A DNA stretch of 56,383 bases, counting the filler, from Sphacelaria rigidula (taxonomy: Eukaryota), in assembly GCA_964200075.2 (NCBI GenBank). It is 4 parts of 4 records of this genome, joined end to end, with 100 filler letters (N's around TTAATTAATTAA, not from the genome) between each part and the next. Parts side by side here need not be neighbours in the genome. Positions count along the whole stretch, not along the records: positions 14,123 to 28,144 come from CAXNAA020002509.1; positions 28,245 to 42,264 come from CAXNAA020002510.1; 2 more parts are not named here. One strand, 5' to 3'. Positions within the stretch are counted from its first letter, which is position 1. Each line of letters starts with the position of its first letter. Shown one piece after another: positions 24,450 to 35,000 of this stretch. The translations under genes and the position numbers were made by a program. The notes beneath the pieces were generated by a model. That model did not search any database, was not told the DNA's origin, and saw only the letters and a list, made by a program, of their open reading frames with translations.

Positions 24450-24451
24450 AC

Positions 24452-24610
24452 GTGTCTCAACAGATCACTGTTTTATCTCTGTTTTCCTGTGGAAAACAGG
24501 GGATGAAATTGAAAAGTGAGGAGAGAGGCTGCTCTCTGACAAACCTGTCTTTTTACCTTATGACGTAGTTTGTAAAAATTACATCTTTATCAAATGACTC
24601 TATTGATTAT
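24452..24610. repeat. Split direct repeat A1 (5' terminal repeat of the YR element); copy A2 at 16637-16796
   Basis: ~160-bp near-identical copies: GTGTCTCAACAGAT...GAAATTGAAAAGTGAGG...ACATCTTTATCAAATGACTC. Confidence 0.9.
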
Positions 24611-25619
24611 ACGTTGTGACAGTGATGTCCCGGAATTTGGTGCTCATGGGTTACAAGTAAAGGTACTATGACGCACGTTGAGAGATGTCCCCTAATAACT
24701 CCTTCTTCACCAGATATGGACAATGACTACGAAAATGGAACACCTGGGACGTTCCAGACCTTCCCCTTCGGCACAAACCTTCACGCATCACAATCCATCT
24801 CTTTCCCGCAGCGAAGAGGGAAAAGAGTCGATTCGAGGACAAAATTGGCCCATCGCCGGAGTTGCGGAAACAATTTTGACATTCTTCTCAGTTTTCGGCA
24901 ACGCCAAACTAGACCAACACGTCCGTAGAGCGCTATGCTTTCCGTTTGTTCGTAACTACCCAACCAATTGGAATTAGTTTCGACATAATTCTCGCAAAAG
25001 TTGGTATTCAATGGATGTGACTGAGATACAATGAGTTTAATCAAAATCGACGATGACTACGAGAACAGCAGACGCAGCTCGCAGACAGCAGCGAACACGA
25101 AACAGAGCAACGAAGCAGTGAAACCTTCGTCGACTATTCCTCCGTGATGACCTTCCACGCCTTGGTCCCTTGCGGAGTAACACCTACGGCGAAGATGTCC
25201 ACGAGTGGCGTCTGTAAAGGAGAGAGGGGAGGGGGTACGGTACAGAGTAGTATGTCGAGTATCGGGTGGTACGCACAGTACTGGCACCTACTCTAGTGAC
25301 GGTACTTGCAACACCTCTACAGACACTAAAGGCAGTACCTGTGTAAAGAAGAAGTGCAATCAACAGAATACGCCGAGACAGCAATGAGCAGACAAACGCC
25401 GAGTGATGTGTGGGCCAAAAATGCGGCGAAATGTTTACCATTTCAAACGCAGCATAATTCAGAGGAGGCGAACACCACTCCTAACTCAACCCTAACTCTA
25501 GCTCTCGACACATGCGTTGTATCACATGAACGGAACGGCTCTCAACCTTTGGGAACCCAGTGCTGATTTTTGTTCTTGTGAATCGGCATAATTTTCGTTC
25601 ATTTTCGTTCATTTTCAAG

Positions 25620-26120
25620 TCAAAATAAGGCCGATTCACAAAAACAAGAATCAGCCCTGGGTTCCCGAAGCGTTAACGGGCTGTAAAGCACCTGCCTCGT
25701 CAGCATTCCATATGTGGTCGGGTGCTGGCTTCTCCTCGTCCATGTTGTCCTGCCATGTCGCATGAAACTTCTGCATGCGCGATCTTCTGCGTCAACCAGC
25801 ACTCCTGAGCCTCGTAGATGGCACCGAGCGGTTGTCGCTGCAGAGTGCCATAACCGCCTGTTTCAGGTCATCTCTAGTCAGGCCCAGTTGACGTGCGGCG
25901 AATATCAGGATATGTTCGACGAAATTTTCTGCCGCCGGCGACAGTACAGTGCGCGGGCCAAACCTGCCAGCTATGCTCACGCTACCCCTGACATGCTTCT
26001 GCAGCAAAGCAAGGGAGATTTCAAAGGTATTTGCAGCAGCACGGAAAGTCATGCGACCGCTGCGTACCGCTTCTACGGCCTCGGCTGCACGTTCTGGGTC
26101 CACCCTTGCTTTCTGCATGC
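25620..26120 (-). mobile_element. pogo/Fot1 (CENP-B-like) transposase N-terminal remnant
   Basis: AAEAVEAVRSGRMTFRAAANTFEISLALLQKHV (psq-type HTH) then GPRTVLSPAAENFVEHILIFAARQLGLTRDDLKQAV (Tc5 HTH); no DDE domain seen. Confidence 0.78.
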
Positions 26121-26449
26121 TTAGCAGCCGATCGAAATTTCTGGTTTTGGAGAAAGACAAGCGCTCATTCGCGGTGCTGTGGGACGTTCTTTTCTTATAC
26201 TATAGGCACCTGCAGTAGCTTAAACGAAGCGTCGTGCTCTTGTGCACACGCAGCAACAAACAGAATGGAAAACGAACAATACTTCGCGGAGTTATGTACG
26301 ATCGAAAACACTTGTACCTTAATTAATACTGTACCTTAATAGGGACATGTACTCTACTGTACAAACAAGACACCCATGAGGCAGTGTGTCAGCCGGGACT
26401 GTCTCAGGACGTGGCAAAACGAGAAAATGAAGCAGCCCATTCGAGGCTG

Positions 26450-26830
26450 TCATCCAAATGCAAGATATTCAGTACGCTTCGCCCCGAAGAATCTTAGCAG
26501 GGTGCAGCTCACCCTCCATGCGACTCGCCGAACACAGCACGGCGCTTCGCACTTGGTGATTGATTGCGAGCCTGGTCCGGCGAAAACCCGGCGTGCTCCG
26601 TTCCGGCTTTGTAGGGACGCGGGGTCAATGGCCATATGGCTATGACATGCAAAATCATGAGGACACCCCCCGGCCTTTGCCCTTTCTTCACAGTTCCCAG
26701 TTACACCAACCGCTCCGCTTCCCTGGTACTCCATGTTTTCTTGCTGCGTACATGGATCTGACCGCCTCGTCGAAGCGGGTGTCGGGGCACGCTTGCCGGG
26801 AAACACCGTTAAAGCGTTGCAGGTAGCGCT
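26450..26830 (-). mobile_element. Second copy of probable hAT C-terminal remnant
   Basis: Homologous to 30870-31030 (shared ...AGTEHA.F.PDQA... and GARRV.AGPG translations). Confidence 0.4.
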
Positions 26831-28144
26831 TTCTCGTGACCCTCTGGGCGGCTGGCTGGACGATCATGGGAGGTCAAGTGGGTACAGCATGTCCTTCAGC
26901 TTCAAACGGAGTCGGAATCGACCGCTACATGAGCACGGTCATTCCTTTAGGGGAAAGAGAGTGGGCATTTGTCAGGGCAGGACGAACTGCCCGAGGTTAA
27001 TCACCCGGCCCGATCCCAACTAAAGTACGGTGGCTTTTACAGGTTCAAGCAGCTCACCGGGGTTGGCGGTCATCCCCATGAACAAAACCACGCACAGAAG
27101 CCCAAGTACTTGTTGCCTAGCGTTAATGGTATGGGTTTGATGCGTTCACGTTCAACATCACGTTGATCAACGAGTTGGAAAACGCAGCTATCAACCGCAG
27201 AATATGCGACTCGGCGATCGAGCGTGCAAACGAATCACAACCATCACGCCCACGGCTGCTGCGCGTAGGTGCGAATTTGTGGGCGCTGCTTCTGCAACTC
27301 GCCTCTGATGAGGTCGTGAGACAAAATGGATGAAGTGTGCATCACCCGCCTGGCGGATGAACATGATATTTAATTGGAGTCGGGTTTTCCCGAGGGATTC
27401 GGGGCATATGGTGTGCGTCGTCTACACGGTTACCGTAGATGAAACTGCGGTAGAAAAGTAGCCCCTTCTGTGTCTGTTCTTTCTTTTTTGATCATGTCGT
27501 GCTGGTGTTGATCTGACCTTGCAACGCTGAGCTGGGCACATGTGCGGGCCTCATTTGATTGGGAGATTTGGTTTACTTCTACCGTGACACCAGTACCAGC
27601 TGGGCTGCAATGTTGGCTACAGGTTCAAATTCCTCACCGCACACTTTATTCGATGTTCCATTTTTTACAACCTGGGCGCGGCGGACGGGGCCCCCGATTT
27701 CAAATATAAAAATAGTTACCTGTGCCAGGAGTCGCACAAGCGAACACCTAGCGTTCACCCATGTTTTTTTCGTATTTCTTTGAAAGTTTTGTTTTTTTAT
27801 TACACTCTAGGCAGGCAGGGGACCACGGGGAGAAGATCTTCACACACGGAGCACCCCCCACCCCCCTTCATGTCAAATTCGCATGGAGGTTGGAGTCTCG
27901 TAGTGAGATACCCGTAAAACCTTACCGGCTTCGATTGGGCGGTGGACGTCTGGTCAGCCATTTCCAGAAATTTCCGAAATTAGGTGCAAAGGGCGCCTAA
28001 TGAAGGCAAGGGGTGGACAATGCATGGTATAAATGCCAAAACCTACTGCACTCATGAAAAAAAACACCTTGCCGATGACCGACCACATGACCTACGAGAA
28101 GGAGCACCAAGCGGTACGTAGACTTCTTGAGATCTTGAAGGATA

Positions 28145-28244
28145 NNNNNNNNNNNNNNNNNNNNNNNNNNNNNNNNNNNNNNNNNNNNTTAATTAATTAA
28201 NNNNNNNNNNNNNNNNNNNNNNNNNNNNNNNNNNNNNNNNNNNN
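28145..28244. other. Artificial contig spacer
   Basis: Identical 100-nt linker. Confidence 0.97.
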
Positions 28245-29030
28245 TCGGTCGTGTGGCGGGGCGGGGGGGGTGGTGGGGGTGGGGGGGGGGGGGGGTGTTG
28301 TGGGCGGGGGCGAATAACCTTATGTTGAGGCACATATTGATACCGCTGTTGTTTTGAAACCCCGAACAAGATAGATATACCTATGATGACTGAGTGGAAG
28401 CACTGAGGCCGTGTCTTCGCGCATCAGTTTTCGATCGAAGAAATGCGGTGGCAAACAAATATCCCGATCTGATAGTAATGATTTCAACCATCTTCAAAAT
28501 GAACTATAATAGTTGACATCACAACCTATTAGATCGGAGTTTTCCGTTTCCACCGCACATTTTCGATCGAAAAATAATGTGCAAATACCAACTTTTACGG
28601 CAACAACAGTAGAGATGTGGGAGTGTCCCGACTTCGGCAAAAAGGTGGTGAACCAAAATTCATCGTCCAGAGAATCCGAGAATTGATGTGGTTCGCTCAC
28701 AGCTAGTCGAAAAACATTGCCCAACGGGCTGGGGTCTGAAAAATCAATCCACCGGAGAAAATCGCTTGTAGACGCGCTGAAATCCTTATATTTGTACAAA
28801 TTGAGATTCGTTGCCATAAAATTTTGTTTGAGACACAGCCCCGCACTAAAAAAACTCGAGGAATAATGCAAGCATTGGATGACTCATCACAACACGTTTA
28901 CTCGTGGTCGAGTAGCGGACTAATATGCTGTTCCCCCAGGATGTACTCTGCCACACCGCTCTTGATTCGTTTCTTACCGAACTTTGAAATTACTCAACAG
29001 CTTATGAATGATGAACTCGAATTCAATCAG

Positions 29031-32000
29031 GTCCGACGAGCCCGGCCGGTGGCCTCCGTAAACCGCGGCTTCGAGCAGCAGCTGCGGGCGTACGGCGCCA
29101 CTCAGTGCGACGTCTTTGCCGCCCACCAAATGATGCTCCGCATCAAAGCGGCGAATATGTACGACAGGAGGGTGCTCGTCCTTCAAAGGAGCGCCAACAA
29201 AGCGGCAGGAGGGAGGGCTAGAGGCCGCGACGCGGGCTTAGACACAGCTACGGGGGAGGGGGAGGGGGAAGGGGCGGACGCGCAGCAGCAACAAGAGTTG
29301 CCGCCATCTACGCCGCCGCCGCAGCAGCTTGCGAGCAGCGCGGGCAGCGCTGGCAGCCTCTCTGTGGGAAGCACAACGGCGGGGGATACGCCGTCAGCAC
29401 CGCGATCACCGAGGGGTAGAGGGAGGGCGGGGCAGTCACCGGGCGATGGGGGGAGCAGCTCGGGATCGTCGATACTTTGGCAGCACAAAGGACGGGGTCC
29501 CGTTGGTGGTTGTGGAGGTGGAGGTAGTACCAATAGCGTGACGTCGATAGGTTCGATTTCGTCGGCGGCATCTTCGATGCTCAGCGCGGTCGGTGGGAGC
29601 GTTGGGGCTAGCGGACCTAAGGCACGGGATGAGCTACACTTCTTGGCGAAGGAGGTATGTTTTCGTCGGCGTTAGAACGGAGACGAGGGCTTGAATTTAA
29701 AAACAGCGTAATTATACGCAGGAATAACGGGGTTTGTTAGTCCAAGGCTCCTCCTCACGGGACTGTGTAACGTATGAATCACGTGCCTATCCTCTGCTAT
29801 TTATCCGGTAAGGCATATATCGTTCTTATCCCGTGAAGAGTGGAGAGTGGAGAGTGTTGCGAAAGTCGTTTTTTTTCTCCCATGTTTTCCAAAGATTCCA
29901 CACGTCGGATAGCTCCATGCACCTCAAATCGAGTCAGCTCATTTTCGTACAACTTAGCGCTGAGCGATACGGTATAACTCAGCGGTACTGATTAGTCGTA
30001 CCTCATACCTGGATTGTGCGACGGGTGACATATTCGATTGTATCAGGTTTATTGAATGCAAATTGATTGTCGGATTACGACCCTTACGATGACCAGTTTC
30101 AGCAAGGTCCACTGGGCTACCACGTGTTGCTCCTCTCGTTGTCCGAGAAGGTAAACGGAGGTGAAGAAAATCATTGCCCTTAAAAATGTGCAAACCCGTG
30201 ACTTTATATCGCTTGACATCGAGAGAAGAAAAATATCAAGAAGAGCATATCCTTGATATCCTTGATCTTCGCCCGAAGATCAGTTTGCACTGAGAGTTTC
30301 GTAAAAATAATCTCCGCTTTTTCTTCAGGCTTGCCGCGGGCCACAGAAATCTCTGTACGGGTTGCAGCTCCAAGCACCTCGTGCGCGGTCTACAGTACTG
30401 TCATGAAGTAAACAGCCCGGCGGTTTGCTGTTGGCATATCATAGTATGTGCTTGTCACGCGTTAGGCAATGATTACGTTGCGCGACATGCGTGTTCGGGA
30501 GTTTTGTATCGAATATAAACAGAAATTACGGGAAAATGAAGAGAAATTGGATGATGACGAAGCAATATCAACACTCCATGTTCCTTTGTTTTGTTTGCCG
30601 TGTGCGGTAGCGATTCACAGTACGAGGCAGATATTGCTCGAACCCTATACTCCTGAGCTTCTGTGAATTCCTTCTCGCTGCTGAGCTAAAGTGCGCGAAA
30701 GCTCGATTTGTATTGCTCTTGACATATAATTGCTTGGAGTCCTCTACACTCACTCTGACACCAATGGAAGCGTCTGCGTTGGAAACCTTTCGACAAGAGC
30801 TTGAAGTCGATGAATATTTCCAGGTTGAAGGTGCTGTCCCACCTGAGAGCAAAAAAAAGAAACAAACTCCAGAGATGGAGGTGATTTCCCCCCTGTAATA
30901 CCGTAGAAGATGGGGGCAGGTTATACTCATGCTCTTGCATGCGGTTTTCATAAGAACATCGACGTCGCCTTCCTACGAAGCTGGGACGGAGCACGCAGAG
31001 TTTCCGCCGGACCAGGCTTGCGATCACCAATATATAGGTGGATTAATATATACATACATTCATACTTCTTGTGTCCCACAAGTAAAGGTCCTTATGGGAG
31101 GGCAGATAACATCTCGCCAATGGAGTTGCCTACGATGCTAAGGGCAGGTCTGCTCAAACACTACTGATACAGTTATGCTCATGAACAAAAACGAAAAATC
31201 CGACTCTGACTTTTTGAGAATTGATGGCTCAAAAAGTAGGAAATCTGGCGGGTTTTGGGGATTCATTTTTGAGTTTTTTCGAAATTTGTTTCGAGGAATT
31301 ATGTTATTTTCGCCGTATGAAGGCCCGCTGCATCCCACAACCACGATGAATCCCCAAAATGTAAACGAAGCGCCTGAGTATCGTTCGGCCGCCATAACGC
31401 CATGGCGGTGGAGATGGCGTTGGCCATTCCACCAGGCAAATCAAAAGTGTCCAAGCGCGCTCTAGCCCCCATCGCGGAGCATTACGGTGTTGGCGCTGGC
31501 TACCCAAAAAAACATTGGTCCGAGTGCAAAGCTAGGAAGGGTGGTAAAATATGATCAGGGAGCCTTTCTGAAGGCTTGAGACTATCTAGCATCAAGCCCG
31601 AGTAACGACGAAGACGATTAAGGAAAATGTTTCCTTGTGCTTTTTTTGGCACTTTTTCGCTCCTGGAAAAGGGGGTGCGACCTTTTTTCGGCCGTTCATG
31701 CATGCAGGGCGGTGTGTGCAGAAAAAAAACGGGTTCAAACTAAAAACAAACCCGAAGATTGAAAAAAATATACCGCCTACGGCGTCGGATACCGTCAACT
31801 CTTCGACCGCGAGGATAGGTCACCTGCTGAATCGGCATCAATTTCACTTGATGGTTTATCCAGATGAACTACCCACATCGCCGTCTAAGGGTTAACCCTT
31901 AGACCGCGAGATTAGTCTTTCTGGACCATGCATACTTTCTTTCACTCGAAATTGATGCCAATTTAACAGAAGACTACCCTCGCGGTCTAACGGTTAAGGG

Positions 32001-35000
32001 GTCCATGTATGGGACAGAAGAAGTACATACATACATGGGAGGACGGCAGTGGCAAAAACCTTCACAGTGCATGTGGACATGTGTGTTGGAGGCGTGTCAC
32101 CTGTACAACTCAGGTATAAGTTTTTTGCAGGCTGGTTTCACCTTTACCAGGGTCAAGTTTGTAAATTTCCCAAGGGTCGGACTAAATAATGATTCTCCTG
32201 GAAGTTATTTGATTTCAGTGTGATTGATTCATGTCGTACGAATCAATCCCTGAGCTTTGTTTTCAGCATTGCAGCCCAGTTATGCGCGGCCCAGGGACGT
32301 GGAATGGCGAAAATTTTGCGTAGAGAACTCATTGACCAGCAGTCAACTTTCTTTTCTCTTTCGAGCAATCACGCCTGAAAAATCGTACATCTAGTGATTA
32401 GAGCCGGCAATGATCCGTCCGAATCGTGATATTTTACTTGAAATTTTCAAACATGTCCCGAAGTATACCACGAAAGGGTATATTTTGTTTTGGTGAGAGT
32501 TTGATCTGGATCTCTAACTTCGAGGTACCCTGGAAATGGCTTTTTGAAATCATACTGGGACACTTATTAACGCCGGATAACTTGCAAACAGAGACCCCGA
32601 TCAAGGTACCCGGAAAGGCAAGACGTTGATATAACCCCTGAACGTTTCGACAGATGTCCAAAACTTCAATTCAAGTAAAGACTCCAACGCCAACCCGCAA
32701 CAACACGGCCTAAAAAAGTCTAAGCGGATCAGTATACTTGAAAATACGCCACTCTAAAATGCTGTGTCTGTTGTCATCCCACCTATTCTGGACGCAAGTC
32801 TACACCTTTCGGTATAAATGGACGCATCAGTTGGGATCACACAAAAGGGAAGGCCAACACAGGAGTTTTTATTTTACTTTTAGTCCCCCACCTTCCCTTC
32901 GTGGTCCTTAATTTATTTTATATCGCAAGAGAGGCTCTGCGGTCTCTTTCCCTCGTCGACCGTGCCGTCGATTTTTTTGTGTACCCTCGACATAGTTGCT
33001 CTCCACTGTCAAGCATGCTGTGAGAAAAAATCCCAGATCCTGTGACTGCACCGATGTTCGAACCCACGATCGAACCGTCAGGAGATTTCGAGGTTACCAA
33101 CTGAGCCAGGGGTGACGGGCAAATGTTGAATGTGTTTTTTATCGGCAATAGGGTGTATGAAAAAACAGGAACAGCAACATGTTGCTCGCAGTCATCTAAT
33201 CTAGGGCATGGGCATGAGTATTTCGTTCAATAATTCCGACTGTGTAATATGTGTAATATTTTAGCAAGCAACACCTCGAAGCTGCCGCCGCAACGCTTCA
33301 TTGGCCTTAGCGCCGAATAAATGGAGAAAGGCAAGATATGGCCTCGTTCCGGATCTACTTACTTGAATGTCTGTCATACTCCGAAGCGTCAGGTGCGGTT
33401 TCCTCATCATGTTGTGGGCGGTGGTCTGTTGTAAGCAGGAATAACGTCATGTAATTGACGTTGATTTCGGGCGTTACAACAGGTATTTTTGCTCGACAAG
33501 TCGCCGACCTCACTTACGTTTCCAGAAAAAAGAGAAGAAAGGTAAAGTCTGCACTACTGACCGTAATGTATCTACTGTCTGTACTTAACTATTGAGCGCC
33601 GCACCGCAGCAACCTGCAGCACTCCTTTCGTGTGGGTATGTGTGCTGGTGTGTTTTGTAGGCCTGTCAGCTGCACAAGATTTTAGAAGTTGGAAGATGGC
33701 CATTTCGGTACAAATGGAAACGAAACGTCTACTTTTTGAGCTCCAACCAACCCTTGCTTGTCTCGCCACGGAGGTAGACAACGCAGGCCGAAATAAGCCA
33801 CGCCGACGTATTCGTCTCGTTTCTGCCGTCAAGTATATGCATTCAAAGCTGCCGTCGCCGTGTATTTCTTGGAGAAAAATCGTGGAAAGGATTCCTGTTT
33901 CCTCCGTGAAATGTGAAATCAGCCAGTACATACAGTGAGTATAAATTGCCGAAACAAGAGCCGCCTGCTGTGTTCAAGTGTTCAACACCTCTGGGTCATG
34001 CGGAAAGCGATCGGGGCGAGGCGGTTTCAATGTGGATGAACGTCCCATCAGTACAGCACCACCAACAATCGACAGTTGACTGTCGCGAGAGGAAGAACGT
34101 ACGAGTAGTGCGAGGTGGCCTCTACTCCGTCCGGGTGGTTTGTGTAGCTGTGCCAGGTTTGTCTTGTTATTGTTGATGCAGTACCTCTCACCCATTGCCC
34201 AGCCCTGTGGAATAGCGCCGAGCTATGACAGTGTGTCATTTTTACAACCTTGACAAGAAAAGAAGGTATTTCATTTCACACATGATGTGCAGCAGCACTA
34301 CTGAAGGAGTTCAACAACAGAATTCCCTCGAGGTTGGCGCTCATGTGTCATTCGTCTTTTGTTCGTTATTTTGCGAAGTGCATGTCGTCGTCACCCCTGA
34401 ATTGTCGGGAGGTTGATGAATTTGAATCGAACGCGTCTGAACACTGAATTCCGCCCCCGCCCCCCTCCTCCTTCGCCGAACGACTGCTCCGGGTACATGT
34501 CTCACGGCCTGTTGCTGTGTAGCCCCGACCTACGCGATTTCGGCTTTGCAGGCCTGGATCGGCCTCGATTCAAGTGATACCGCCACTTAAGTCTCTGGAA
34601 CGGATATATGCTTGCCGCAGCTGCGGCTCATTTCTCTTCACCGGCGGGCATGTAATTAAGGTGTGTGTCGGGGGTTTGTATGTCCCATGTAGTAGGTTGA
34701 TTGCAGATGAAAAAAAAGTTATGTGTTTTGCCGTGGTATCCTCCATATTTCGAACGCGGGGGTGAAAAAAAGGGGCAAATGTGGAAAGTAAAACAAGAGC
34801 TGTGTGTGTTGGTTTTATAAAGGGAAAGAAATATACCGAGGAAAGTCGACTGGCTGTTTACAGGAGGTTCCTCCGGGCAGCCGTTTGTGTTTGGAGAGTT
34901 TGGAGTTTTATGTGCAGTAGGCTTTATTTGAAGGACTTGACTTCAATATTTATGCAGTACTGCAAGAACAGTATATTGTAATCAGTTCATGTGACATATA

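Larger units (their letters stand above)
16402..24614 (-). mobile_element. Full-length degenerate tyrosine-recombinase retrotransposon (Ngaro/PAT-like DIRS order) with split direct repeats
   Basis: Minus-strand order gag - RT - RNase H - YR (all frameshifted or with stops). Repeat A at 24452-24610 and 16637-16796; repeat B at 16797-16880 and 16405-16491; ATACGT at both outer ends. Confidence 0.88.

Noticed and set aside
16637-24610. LTR pair of a Ty1/Ty3 element
   Set aside because: No integrase, PBS or TG...CA ends; the second repeat pair and YR domain indicate split direct repeats.
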